A program made the translations under genes and the position numbers. The notes beneath the pieces were generated by a model. It worked only from the letters and a program-made list of their open reading frames with translations. It was not told where the DNA came from and made no database searches. From Candidatus Eiseniibacteriota bacterium (lineage in GTDB: Bacteria > Eisenbacteria > RBG-16-71-46), in the NCBI GenBank assembly GCA_963717935.1, contig CAVQXP010000004.1:1-64000 (forward strand): a stretch of 64,000 nt of DNA, given 5' to 3'. Shown one piece after another: positions 28,183-38,411 of the stretch (positions within the stretch are counted from its first letter, which is position 1; each line of letters begins with the position of its first letter).

Positions 28183-29638
28183 CTAGGGACGGCCGGCCGC
28201 GGCGTCCCGCAGACGGCTCACGCACCGCGCGCGCCCGAGCAGGCTCGCCACCCGCGGCAACTCCGGGCCATGAGCGCGCCCCGTGAGGGCCGCTCGCGCC
28301 GGCTGGAACAGGTCGCGGCCCTTGAGCCCGAGCCGCGCACCGACCGAACGGATCGTGGATTTAACCCCTTCCTCGCTCCATTCCGCAAGGCCCTCGAGCG
28401 CCGCGGCCAGCTCGCCGCACAGCGCGCGGGCCGGCGCGGACTCGAGCGCCGCGGCGGCCGCGGGTTCGACGGCGGGCCGCTCGGCAAGGAACGGCTCGAG
28501 TTCCCCGGCCAGGTCCGCCAGCATCGCGAGGTTGCCGCGCACGCCCTCGAGCAGCCGCTCGAGGTCCGCCCGCGGGAGCGCGCGCGCCCCCGCAGGCAGG
28601 AATTCCTCCGCCCAGTCCGCGAGCCGCGCGCCGTCGGCGTGGTGCAGCAGGTGCGCGTTCACCCAGCGCAGCCGGTCGGGGTCGAAGATCGAGCCGCTCC
28701 GGCCCACCCGCTCCAGCGCGAAGCACTCGAGCAGCTCGGCGCGCGTGAGGATCTCGCGCTCGTCGCCCGGGTGGAAGCCGAGCAGCGCCAGGTAGCTCAG
28801 GAGTCGCCTCCGGCACCACGCCCGCGCGCCGCCAGTCACCCACGGCCACCGCCACCTCCCCTTCCCGCTTGCTCATCTTGGAGCGATCGCGGTTCAGGAT
28901 CAGCGGCACGTGCGCGTAGCGGGGCGGCGTCTCGCCCAGCGCCTCGCAGAGCATCAACTGGCGCGGCGTGTTGGGCAGATGCTCCTCGGCGCGGATGACG
29001 TGACTGATGTCCATCGCCGCGTCGTCCACCGCGCAGGCGAAGTTGTAGGTCGGCAGCCCGTTCGAGCGCAGCAGCACGAAGTCACCCACCACGCCCTCGG
29101 GGAACGTGACCTCGCCGCGCACCAGGTCCTGCAGCATCCAGTCGCGCCGCGGGACCGCGAAGCGCAGACTGTGCGCCTCGCCCGCGCGCAGCCGCGCCTC
29201 GCGCTCGTCGCGCGGCAGGTCACGGCAGCGGCTGTCGTAGTGCGGCGGGCGCCCCGCCGCCAGCGCCGCGTGGCGCCGCCGCTCGAGATCCGCGTCGTCG
29301 CAGAAGCACGGGTAGGCCGCGCCCCGCGCGAGCAGCGCCTCCGCCTTCGCGCGGTAGAGCCCGAGCCGCTCGCTCTGCCGGTAGGGTCCGCACGGACCGC
29401 CCTCGCGCGGGCCCTCGTCGAAGTCCAGGCCCAGCCATGCCAGGTCGTCGAGCACGCCCTGCTCGCTCGCCGCGCTCGAGCGCTCGACGTCGGTGTCCTC
29501 GATGCGCAGCACCACGGCGCCGCCGTGGCGGCGCGCGAAGAGCCAGTTGAAGTACGCCGTGCGCGCGCCACCCACGTGCAGCCAGCCCGTGGGGCTCGGA
29601 GCGAAGCGGACGCGCGGGCCCCCGCCGGCAGGGCTCAT
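28183..29638 (-). CDS. gltX: Glutamate--tRNA ligase (one-base frameshift at ~28804, probably sequencing error)
   Basis: [26 protein letters not shown]; continues in a second frame as LLSYLALLG...[11 protein letters not shown]. Confidence 0.93.
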
Positions 29639-29678
29639 CCCCGGCTCCGGCGCCGCGACCCCGCGCACGGGCCCGCCC

Positions 29679-30159
29679 TCACGCGATCTCCACCATCGCG
29701 ATCGCCAGCGCCGCCACGCCCTCGCCGCGCCCGAGCGCGCCCAGGGTCTCGTTGGTCGTGGCCTTGACCGAGACCTGCCCGGCGCCGACGCACAACGCCT
29801 GCGCGATGTTCCGGCACATCGCCTCGCGCAGGGGCGCGAGCTTCGGGGCCTCGGCCACCACCGTCACGTCCACGTTCACGATCGTCGCGCCCCGGCCGGC
29901 GAGCAGCGCGCGGATCAGCCGCAGCAGCTCGAGGCTCGAGGCGTCCTTCCAGCGCGGATCGCCCGGCGGGAAGTGCTTCCCCAGGTCGCCCAGCGCCGCC
30001 GCGCCCAGCAGCGCGTCGCCGATCGCGTGCAGGCAGCACGTCCGCGTCGCTGTGCCCCTCGAGCCCCCAGTCGCTGCTGATCGTGACCCCGCCCAGCACC
30101 AGCGGGCGGCCCTCCGCCTTGCGGTGGATGTCGTAGCCGATGCCCACCTGGAGACCCAT
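29679..30159 (-). CDS. ispF: 2-C-methyl-D-erythritol 2,4-cyclodiphosphate synthase (frameshift at ~30033)
   Basis: GIGYDIH, GHSDADV | [23 protein letters not shown]. Confidence 0.93.
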
Positions 30160-30160
30160 C

Positions 30161-30835
30161 TCAGTCCTCCCGCCGCGCGAGCCAGGCCCCGGCGAGCGCC
30201 AGGTCCTGCGCCGTCGTGATCTTGAAGTTGAGCGCGTCGCCCTCGGTGACGAAGACCGCGTGGCCCAGCGCCTCCACCAGCGCCGCGTCGTCGGTCGCGG
30301 CGCTGCGCGCCTGCCCGTGCGCCGCCTCGAGCCACTCGCGCCGGAACACCTGCGGCGTCTGCGCGCGCCACAACGCCGCGCGCGGCACCGTGTCCTCGAT
30401 CCGCCCCAGGCTCGCGCGCTTGAGCGTGTCCTCGAGCGGCACCGCAGCGATGGCCGCGCCGTGCGTGACCGCATCCGCCACCACGCGCGCCACCAGCGCA
30501 GGCGTGATCAGCGCGCGCGCCGAGTCGTGCACCGCCACCAGATCGAAGCCCGCCGGCAGCGCACGAAGGCCGCGCGCGACCGAGTCCTGCCGCGCGCGGC
30601 CGCCCTCGGTCCAGGCCACCACCTTGCCCGGCCCGAAGCCCGTCACCGCGAGCACGTCCTGGAGCTTGCGCACCGGACCGACGATCACGATGCCGTCCAC
30701 CGCCGTGCAGCGCTCGAGCGCCTCCAGGCCCCAGAGGAAGAGCGGCCGACCGGCCAGCGGCGCCAGCGCCTTCTCCACGCCCGCGCCGAGCCGCTCGCCC
30801 CGCCCCGCGCACAACAGGATCGCCGCGGTGGTCAT
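30161..30835 (-). CDS. ispD: 2-C-methyl-D-erythritol 4-phosphate cytidylyltransferase
   Basis: [33 protein letters not shown]. Confidence 0.95.
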   Translation of the reverse strand: MTTAAILLCAGRGERLGAGVEKALAPLAGRPLFLWGLEALERCTAVDGIVIVGPVRKLQDVLAVTGFGPGKVVAWTEGGRARQDSVARGLRALPAGFDLVAVHDSARALITPALVARVVADAVTHGAAIAAVPLEDTLKRASLGRIEDTVPRAALWRAQTPQVFRREWLEAAHGQARSAATDDAALVEALGHAVFVTEGDALNFKITTAQDLALAGAWLARRED

Positions 30836-32340
30836 GACCGGCCTCCCTCCTTCGCCGGCGCGTCCCGGCGAGGCGCGCCCGCCGCCGGCCCGGCCGGCGG
30901 CCGCACCTCGACCTTCGCCCCCAGCAGCTCCGCGATCGCCTCGCGCACCGTGGCGACCGGCACCACCTCGATGCCTTCCGTGCGAGCGTCGGCCGCCTGC
31001 AGCGCCGGCACCGCGGCACGCTTGAAGCCGAGTGCCGCCGCCTCGCGCACGCGGGCCTCGACGCGCGAGACCCGGCGCAGCTCGCCCGAGAGGCTCACCT
31101 CGCCCACCGCGAGCGTGCCCTCGAGCACCGGCCGGCTGCGATAGGACGAGGCCACCGCCAGCGCCAGCCCCAGGTCGGTGCCCGGCTCGTCCAGGGTGAT
31201 GCCGCCGGTGACCGTCACGAACACGTCGTGACGGCCCAGCCGCAGCCCCACGCGCCGCTCGAGCACGGCGAGCAGCAGCGCCAGCCGCCGCGGATCGAAC
31301 CCGCTGGTGACGCGCTGCGGGGTGCCGTAGAACGAGGTCGCGACCAGCGCCTGCACCTCGACCAGCAGCGGGCGCGTGCCCTCGAGGCTCGCCACCACCG
31401 CCGTGCCCGGCTCCACGCCCCGGCGCTCCGAGAGGAAGGCCAGGCTCGGGTTCGCGACTTCGCGCAGGCCGGCGTCGGTCATCTCGTAGACGCCCAGCTC
31501 GTTCGTGGAGCCGAAGCGGTTCTTGGCCGCGCGCAGCACGCGGTAGTGCTGGTAGCGCTCGCCCTCCAGGTAGAGCACCGCGTCCACCATGTGCTCGAGC
31601 ACCCGCGGCCCCGCCACCGAGCCCTCCTTGGTGACGTGCCCGACCAGGAAGACCGCGGCCGACGAGCCCTTGGCGTAGTGCAGCAGCGCGAGCGCACACT
31701 CGCGCACCTGCGAGACCGAGCCCGGGCCGCCCTCGAGGTCGGCGCGCGCCAGCGTCTGGATGGAGTCCGCGACCAGCACGTCGGGCTGCACCTGCGCGGC
31801 CGCATCGAGCACCGTCTCGAGGTCGGTCTCGGCCAGGATGAGCAGCGACTCGGGGATCGGGCCCAGCCGGCCGGCGCGCAGACGCACCTGCTCCACGCTC
31901 TCCTCGCCCGAGACGTAGAGCACCCGGCGGCCCGCCATGGCGAGCGTCTCCGCCAGCTGCAGCATCAGCGTGCTCTTGCCGATCCCCGGGTCCCCGCCCA
32001 CGAGCACGAGCGAGCCCGGCATCACGCCGCCGCCCAGCACGCGGTCGAGCTCGCGCAGCCCCGACGGCCAGCGATGCGTGGCCGAGACCTCGACGTGAGC
32101 GAGCGGCCGCGGACCCACCCCGGGCGGACCGCCCGGAGCCCCCGGCCCCGGCGCCCAGCGCGCGCGCGGGCCACGGCCCGCGGCCACGCTCCCGCCCGCC
32201 GCGCCGGCCGGCGCCTCGGCCGCCGCGTTCCACGCCCCGCACGAGGGGCAGCGCCCGAACCAGCGCGCTTCCTCGTTGCCACACGCGGAGCAGAAGAAGT
32301 GAGGCTTGCCCGCCTTCGCCGCCTTCGTCGCCTTCGGCAT
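30832..32340 (-). CDS. radA: DNA repair protein RadA/Sms
   Basis: CSACG..CPSCG Zn finger, GGDPGIGKSTL, KNRFG, Lon-like C-terminus. Confidence 0.97.
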   Translation of the reverse strand: MPKATKAAKAGKPHFFCSACGNEEARWFGRCPSCGAWNAAAEAPAGAAGGSVAAGRGPRARWAPGPGAPGGPPGVGPRPLAHVEVSATHRWPSGLRELDRVLGGGVMPGSLVLVGGDPGIGKSTLMLQLAETLAMAGRRVLYVSGEESVEQVRLRAGRLGPIPESLLILAETDLETVLDAAAQVQPDVLVADSIQTLARADLEGGPGSVSQVRECALALLHYAKGSSAAVFLVGHVTKEGSVAGPRVLEHMVDAVLYLEGERYQHYRVLRAAKNRFGSTNELGVYEMTDAGLREVANPSLAFLSERRGVEPGTAVVASLEGTRPLLVEVQALVATSFYGTPQRVTSGFDPRRLALLLAVLERRVGLRLGRHDVFVTVTGGITLDEPGTDLGLALAVASSYRSRPVLEGTLAVGEVSLSGELRRVSRVEARVREAAALGFKRAAVPALQAADARTEGIEVVPVATVREAIAELLGAKVEVRPPAGPAAGAPRRDAPAKEGGRS

Positions 32341-33233
32341 CAGAACACCGAGAACCTGAAGTACTTCCGCGGATTCGCCTTGAGGTCCGCGAGCAGCACG
32401 CGCAGGTCGCGCACCGAGGCCTCGAGATCCGCGTAGAGCCGCTCGTCCTTCACGAGCTTGCCGAGCGTGCCCTCGCCACGGTCCAGCCGGGACGCCGCAC
32501 CCTGCAGCGAGACACGCAGCGAATCGAGCTTCCCCGAGACCCGGTCGAGGTTCCCGGCGGCCGAGACGAAGTGATCGAGCGCCGCCTCGAGGCTCTCCTG
32601 CCGGTCCACGACCAGCTCCTTCGCCGACGTCGAGGTGGCCGAGAAGTTCTCCATGGTCGCGCGCAGGGCCGTGCGGTTCTCCGCCACGGCCAGCGCCAGC
32701 TCCTCGCTGGTGCGCCGGAAGTTGTCGATCGAGGTGGTCAGTCCGCCGCCCTGGTTCACCGCCACGGCCAGGCTGTCGAGCTGCCGCGCGATGGCCGCCA
32801 CGCTGCCCGACGCGCGACCCACGTCCGCCATCACCTCGGGCAGCCCCTTCTCGTAGACGCCCGGGATGGTGTCGCGCGGGCTCCACGGCTCACCCGTGCC
32901 GCTGTAGTCCACCGCGATCACCTTGTCGCCCAGCATGCTGACGCTGCGGATCACGACCCTGCTGTCGCGCGTCAGCATGACGTCCTTCGCCAGCGCGAGG
33001 TCCACGATCACGTGATCGCCCACCAGCCGCAGGGAGGTCACCACGCCCTTGCGCACGCCGTTCACCTGCGCCTCGTTGCCCTCGGCCAGCCCACCGCCCT
33101 GCGGGAAGCTCACGTGCCAGGTGCGCTGGACGTGCGCTTTCGCCAGCGTGCTCAGCCAGGCGATGCCCCACAGCAGGATGGCGAGCGCCATCAGCACCGT
33201 GACGCCGACCTGGATCTCCGTCTTCCGGCTCAT
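32340..33233 (-). CDS. mlaD: MCE/MlaD family lipid transport protein
   Basis: N-terminal TM, GLAEG..VNGVRKGVV, coiled coil, GEGTLGKLVKD, NPRKYF. Confidence 0.88.
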   Translation of the reverse strand: MSRKTEIQVGVTVLMALAILLWGIAWLSTLAKAHVQRTWHVSFPQGGGLAEGNEAQVNGVRKGVVTSLRLVGDHVIVDLALAKDVMLTRDSRVVIRSVSMLGDKVIAVDYSGTGEPWSPRDTIPGVYEKGLPEVMADVGRASGSVAAIARQLDSLAVAVNQGGGLTTSIDNFRRTSEELALAVAENRTALRATMENFSATSTSAKELVVDRQESLEAALDHFVSAAGNLDRVSGKLDSLRVSLQGAASRLDRGEGTLGKLVKDERLYADLEASVRDLRVLLADLKANPRKYFRFSVF

Positions 33234-33273
33234 GTCCGCGCTCTCCCCCCCGCCCGTTCCGTCCCCGACCCGC

Positions 33274-34023
33274 CTACACCGGCTGGATCGGGCCCCGGCT
33301 CGAGCCCTCGATGAACTGCCGCATCATCGCATCGTCGGTGCGCCGTGTCTCCTCGGCCGTGCCGTCGTACATCACGCGCCCCTGGTAGAGCAGCACGATC
33401 CGGTCGGCCACCGTGTACGCGCTCCTGATGTCGTGCGTGACCACGACCGAGGTCACGTGGAGCTGCTTCTGCATCTCGCGGATCAACTGGTTGATGACGT
33501 CCGCGGTGATCGGGTCGAGCCCGGTCGTGGGCTCGTCGTAGAGGATGCACTCCGGGTCCATCGCCAGCGCCCGGGCCAGCCCCGCGCGCTTGCGCATGCC
33601 ACCCGAGAGCGAGGCCGGCTTCAGCCCCGCCGCATCCGCGAGCCCCACCCAGTCGAGCCGCTCGAGCACGCGCCGGCGCACCTCGGCCTCGTCCAGGTCG
33701 CGCGCGTGCTCCTGCATCGCCAGCGCCACGTTCTCGCCCACCGTCATCGAGTCGAGCAGGGCAGAGCCCTGGAACAGCATCCCGAAGCGGCGGCGCACCG
33801 GGTTCAGCTGCTCCTCGCTCAGGCCCACGATCTCCTCGCCTCCGATGCGGATCGAGCCCGCGTCGGGCTTCATCAGGCCGATGATGTGCTTCAGGAGCAC
33901 GCTCTTGCCCGTGCCGCTCGGCCCCAGGACCACCAGCGTCTCGCCCGCGCGCACGTCCAGGTCGAGGCCCTCGAGGACCTGCTTGCGGCCGAGCCGCTTC
34001 GCCAGCCCGCGGATCTCGATCAT
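33274..34023 (-). CDS. mlaF: MlaF-type ABC transporter ATP-binding protein
   Basis: GPSGTGKS, LSGGMRKR, LYDEPTTGLDP, VTHD. Confidence 0.92.
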   Translation of the reverse strand: MIEIRGLAKRLGRKQVLEGLDLDVRAGETLVVLGPSGTGKSVLLKHIIGLMKPDAGSIRIGGEEIVGLSEEQLNPVRRRFGMLFQGSALLDSMTVGENVALAMQEHARDLDEAEVRRRVLERLDWVGLADAAGLKPASLSGGMRKRAGLARALAMDPECILYDEPTTGLDPITADVINQLIREMQKQLHVTSVVVTHDIRSAYTVADRIVLLYQGRVMYDGTAEETRRTDDAMMRQFIEGSSRGPIQPV

Positions 34024-34835
34024 GCGAAGACCATCCGGAACAGCACCGTGGCCAGGATGTAGTCGAGGACCAGGATCAGCACGCACGAGCTCACCACCGC
34101 CATGGTCGTGGCCCGGCCCACGCCCTCGGCGCCGCCCTCGGTCTGGAAGCCGTGGTAGCAGCCCATCATGCCGATGATGTTGCCGAAGAACACCGCCTTC
34201 ACCAGCCCGGAGAGCAGGTCCTTCATCCGGAAGAACTCGCGCAGGCCCTGCAGGTAGACCGCCGAGGGCACCTCCAGGGACGTTATCGCCACCACGTAGC
34301 CGCCGAAGATGGCGATCGCGTCGGCGTAGACCGTGAGCACCGGCAGCATGAGGATCGCCGCCAGCACGCGCGGCGCCACCAGGTAGCGCATCGGGTTGAT
34401 GCCCATCGCGCGCAGCGCGTCGATCTGCTCGGTCACCTTCATGGTGCCCAGCTCGGCCGCGATCGAGGCGCCGACGCGCCCGCCGATCACGAGCGCCGTG
34501 AGCACCGGGCCCAGCTCGATCACCACCGAGCGCAGGATGACGCCGCTCAGATACTTGAGCGGCACCACCGAGGTGAACTGGTAGGCCGCCTGCACCGCCG
34601 CCACCGCGCCCGTGAACAGGCTCACGACGATGACCAGCCCGAGCGAGTCCACGCCGATGGCGTTCATCTGCTGCACGACCAGCCGGGCCGCCGGCAGCCG
34701 CCGCAGGCTGGCCCGCGTGGCCTCCAGCATCATGGCCGTGGCGCGGCCGACCTCGGCGAGCCAGTCCCCCAGCCGCACGCGCGCGTAGCGGACGCCCTTG
34801 AGCGCGATGTCGTCGGGGGTCACGCCGTTCGCCAT
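34020..34835 (-). CDS. mlaE: MlaE-type ABC transporter permease
   Basis: ELGPVLTAL, AELGTMKVTEQIDAL, GAEGVGRATT. Confidence 0.93.
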   Translation of the reverse strand: MANGVTPDDIALKGVRYARVRLGDWLAEVGRATAMMLEATRASLRRLPAARLVVQQMNAIGVDSLGLVIVVSLFTGAVAAVQAAYQFTSVVPLKYLSGVILRSVVIELGPVLTALVIGGRVGASIAAELGTMKVTEQIDALRAMGINPMRYLVAPRVLAAILMLPVLTVYADAIAIFGGYVVAITSLEVPSAVYLQGLREFFRMKDLLSGLVKAVFFGNIIGMMGCYHGFQTEGGAEGVGRATTMAVVSSCVLILVLDYILATVLFRMVFA

Positions 34836-34838
34836 GTC

Positions 34839-37499
34839 CTAGAACTCCGGCTGGGTCTCGCCCTCGAACGTCGGGGAATACGGAACGAACTTGGTGCTCT
34901 CGCGCAGGAACGTGAGCTTCACCTTGCCGGTCGGGCCGTTACGCTGCTTGGCGATGAGGAGCTCCGCCTTGTTCGGCTCCGCGTCCTCGTTGTAGAGGAT
35001 CTCGCGGTAGACGAAGAGCACGAGGTCCGCGTCCTGCTCGATGCTGTTGTGGGCGACGATCCCGTCGGCGATGAAGTTGTGCGTGCCCGGTACCGTCGCG
35101 TCGAACACCGGCTGCTCGCCAAGAGGCGAGATGGAGACGATGGTGTCCCAGAACACGTCCGAACGGGAAAGTCGTTCCAGATCGGGGGCCTCCAGCAGAG
35201 CGGCGACGGTGCCAAGCCGCCCGCGGCTCGGGGCGTGCTTGTAGAGCGTGCTCCCGCAGTAGGCGGTGCCCAGACCCGCCGCCAGGGCGCGCGCCGTGAC
35301 CCCCTGCCCGGTCATGCGGCTCTTCACGCTGTTGCACACCTCGACCGGGACCGTGTCGACGTTCGTGTTGGACGTGAGGCCACGCACATGGGCCGCGACA
35401 CGTACGGCCTGCGTGCCCCGCGCGCCATGGACACCGATGTCCTCCACGAAGCGCAACTGGTTCTCGGCGCCGTAGATGTGAACCTGCCAGCAGGGCCGGT
35501 AGTCCGCCTTGCGCGTGGACTTGATCCGACCGGCGATGCCGAAGCGGAGCAGCAGGGCCTGCAGATCCTCGACCAGGCGCCGGCTCGTCGAGGCGTAGTA
35601 GACGTGCGCCTGGCGACCCGTGCCCAGATGCACGCAGCCATCGGTCGCCCACAGGTGACGCAGGAAGAGAGCGGCCTGTTCGCGCGGCAGTGCGAACACC
35701 TCGCGTGGGATGAACTTCTCGTGGCTCCGAAGGCCGGCAAGTCCGAAGCGACCAAGCCACTGCTGCAGGGGATTATGCCTGCCGTGGGTCAGCCGGTAGG
35801 GCGACGGCAGGTAGACGTGCGTCCAACTCCCCTGAGCCACTCTCCGTGGCGTGATGCCGAAGTGGGCCGCCGCCTGCTCGACCGCCGCAAGGTTCGCCGG
35901 GTCGGTACTCGTGTAATGCACAGGCTGGCGTGAAGCGAAGCAGCCATCTCCCAGCAGGTGCGCGAGCATGACCACTTCGGCCTCGTGCCAGGGCGCGACC
36001 TGCGCCGGCTCCGGCAGTTGCCTCGGCACGGCGAGGCGCGTGCCGGCGGCGAGGCTCTCAAGCGACCGCCAGCCGTCGAGCGTGAGGAACGGATGATTAC
36101 CGCTCGCCTTGACCCTGCGGCCCGAGGCCAGCCGCAACTCGAACACGGGCTTCACGCCGCTGGGGAAGACATGCGTCATCCGGCCCCGGACGATGCGCAG
36201 GTCGTCGTCCAGTGTCCAGACCGGGATGTCACGCGCGCCTTGCTCCAGCAACTCTCCCAACGAGACCAGCGCACCGGTGTCCGCGCGCTGGATCCGCGTA
36301 TCGGCCGTGAGGCAACCTGATTCTCTCAGGTCCGAGAGCTGCGGCCGGCCCGTCTTGTCGCGGGTCTCGACGGCGCGCGAGAGCTGCGAGAGCGCCAGGA
36401 TGGGGATGTTGAGCTCCTTCGCCAGGCTCTTCAGGCCGCGGGTGATCTCGGAGATCTCCTGCACGCGGTTCTCGGCCCGGGTGCTCGAGCGGATGAGCTG
36501 CAGGTAGTCGATGATCAGCAGCCCGAGCCGGTTCTCCGAGCGCAGGCGGCGGCACTTCGCGCGGATCTCCATCAGGGTCGGGGACGGCGAGTCGTCGATC
36601 AGGATGGGCGCGTCGTTGAGCAGGCCGGCGGCGGTCGTGAGCCGGGGCCAGTCCTCGTTCGTGAGCCGCCCGCTGCGCACGCGGTGCAGGTTGATGCCGC
36701 CCTGCGAGCAGAGCAGGCGCTGCGCGAGCTGCTCCTTGCTCATCTCGAGCGAGAAGACCGCGACCGGCACGCGCTCGTGCTTGCCGGTCGGGATGGCTGC
36801 GTTCTCGGCGAAGTTGAGCGCCAGCGCGCTCTTCCCCGCGCCCGGCCGCCCCGCGACGATCACCAGGTCGCTGTTCTGGAAACCGGCGGTCAGCTCGTCG
36901 AGGTCGCTGAAGCCGGTGGGCACGCCGGTCACCAGCGCCTGGCGCTCGAACATCCGCTGGATGTGCTCGAACGAGGGCTTGAGCAGGTCGCGCACCAGCA
37001 CGAACCCGGCGCGCACGCGCTGGTCGGTGATGGCGAAGATCTTCTGCTCGGCGCGGTCGAGGATGGCGGGCGTCTCGTCGCCGCCGGCGTAGGCCTCCTG
37101 CTGGATCTCGGTCGAGGCCCGGATGAGCTGCCGCAGGATCGATTTCGAGTGGACGATGCGGATGTGGTGGTCGAGGTTCGCGGTGGTGCTCGCGTACTCG
37201 AGGATCTGCGAGAGCGCGGGCGGCCCACCCACGGCCTCGAGCTCGCCGCGCTTGCGCAGCTCCTCGGAGAGCGTGACCAGGTCGGGCTTCTCGTTGCGCT
37301 CGTAGAGCGCGACGATGGCCTCGTAGATCTTCTGGTGCGACGTGCGGTAGAAGACCTTCGGCTCGATCGACTCGACGGCGCGGCCGATGGCCTCGGCGTC
37401 GAGCAGCAGCGCCGCCAGCACGGAACGCTCGGCGTCGAGCGCCTGCGGCGGGGTCAGGGCTTCGCTGAACGACACGGGGCCCGGCTTCGCGTCACTCAT
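34839..37499 (-). CDS. dnaB: Replicative DNA helicase containing an intein
   Basis: PPQALDAE, GRPGAGKS, IDYLQL, SQLSR, LSDLRESG|intein|SIEQDAD, KQRNGPTG. Confidence 0.97.
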   Translation of the reverse strand: MSDAKPGPVSFSEALTPPQALDAERSVLAALLLDAEAIGRAVESIEPKVFYRTSHQKIYEAIVALYERNEKPDLVTLSEELRKRGELEAVGGPPALSQILEYASTTANLDHHIRIVHSKSILRQLIRASTEIQQEAYAGGDETPAILDRAEQKIFAITDQRVRAGFVLVRDLLKPSFEHIQRMFERQALVTGVPTGFSDLDELTAGFQNSDLVIVAGRPGAGKSALALNFAENAAIPTGKHERVPVAVFSLEMSKEQLAQRLLCSQGGINLHRVRSGRLTNEDWPRLTTAAGLLNDAPILIDDSPSPTLMEIRAKCRRLRSENRLGLLIIDYLQLIRSSTRAENRVQEISEITRGLKSLAKELNIPILALSQLSRAVETRDKTGRPQLSDLRESGCLTADTRIQRADTGALVSLGELLEQGARDIPVWTLDDDLRIVRGRMTHVFPSGVKPVFELRLASGRRVKASGNHPFLTLDGWRSLESLAAGTRLAVPRQLPEPAQVAPWHEAEVVMLAHLLGDGCFASRQPVHYTSTDPANLAAVEQAAAHFGITPRRVAQGSWTHVYLPSPYRLTHGRHNPLQQWLGRFGLAGLRSHEKFIPREVFALPREQAALFLRHLWATDGCVHLGTGRQAHVYYASTSRRLVEDLQALLLRFGIAGRIKSTRKADYRPCWQVHIYGAENQLRFVEDIGVHGARGTQAVRVAAHVRGLTSNTNVDTVPVEVCNSVKSRMTGQGVTARALAAGLGTAYCGSTLYKHAPSRGRLGTVAALLEAPDLERLSRSDVFWDTIVSISPLGEQPVFDATVPGTHNFIADGIVAHNSIEQDADLVLFVYREILYNEDAEPNKAELLIAKQRNGPTGKVKLTFLRESTKFVPYSPTFEGETQPEF
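35046..36314 (-). mobile_element. 423-aa intein with LAGLIDADG homing endonuclease in DnaB (ESG|SIEQD site)
   Basis: Starts CLTAD, block B SGNHPFLT, LAHLLGDG and LRHLWATDG endonuclease blocks, ends FIADGIVAHN with Ser at +1. Confidence 0.95.
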
Positions 37500-37551
37500 G
37501 GGCACTCCTCAGCGGGCGCGGGCCTGCGGCTCGCGCCTCCGGGCGGGGGCG

Positions 37552-38411
37552 TCAATCCGTCTGGTACTCGCGCGCCAGCAACTGCATGTCCTCCCACACC
37601 GGGCGCTTGAGCTCCGGGTTCCGCAGCACCGCCGCGGGATGGTAGGTCACGATCAGCTTGGCGCCGCGAAAGCGGTGGACCTGGTTGCGCATGCTCGCCG
37701 AGCGTCGCCTTGACGCCGAGCAGGTGCTCGCCCGCGGTCTTGCCCAGGCAGCAGACGATGCGCGGCTGGAGCGCGTCGAGCTGCCGGTGCAGGAAGGGCG
37801 ACGACTGCTCGACCTCGTGCGGGAGCGGCACGCGGTTCTCGGGCGGGCGGCAGTGGAGCACGTTGCCGATGAAGACGGTCCGGCGGTCGAGCGGCACGCC
37901 CGGGATGAGGTGCGCGTCGTCCATCGCCTTGATGATCCTGTCGAGCAGTTGCCCGCCGCGGCCCACGAAGGGCTCGCCCAGGCGGTCTTCATCCGCGCCC
38001 GGCGCCTCACCCACGAACGCGATGCCGGAGAGCGCCGTCCCCACGCCGGGCACGGCCTGGTTGCGCGTCTCGCACAGCCCGCAGCGCCGGCAGGCGCGCA
38101 CCTCGGCGGCGATCTGCTCGAGCACCGGCGCCGCACCGGCCGCGATGGCCCGCCGCGCGGCGGGATCGAGCGGGGGCAGCGCGGCCCGCGGCGCCGCTTC
38201 GGGCTCCGGCGCGGGCGCGACCACCGGCTGCGGCCGCGCGACCCGGTTGCCGAAGAGGTCGGTCTCGGGCGCGGCCGGCGCCGGCTTCGCGGTCCGACGA
38301 CGACTTCACCCGCACGACCAGCTCGGCATTGCCCGCGGCGCGCTCGCGCTCGAGATGGCGCCGCACGCTCCGGGTGAGGGCCGCGGCCTCTTCCCTGGGC
38401 TCGTCGCTCAT
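37552..38411 (-). CDS. Family 4 uracil-DNA glycosylase (frameshifts at ~38300 and ~37696)
   Basis: CRRCGL, FVGEAPGADED, PFVGRGG, CRPPENR, TYHPAAVLRNP; ATG overlaps the coaBC stop. Confidence 0.88.

Noticed and set aside
28183..30159. gltX and ispF as pseudogenes or programmed frameshifts
   Set aside because: Normally essential genes with single isolated indels, intact motifs on both sides and no slippery sequence; sequencing error is more parsimonious.
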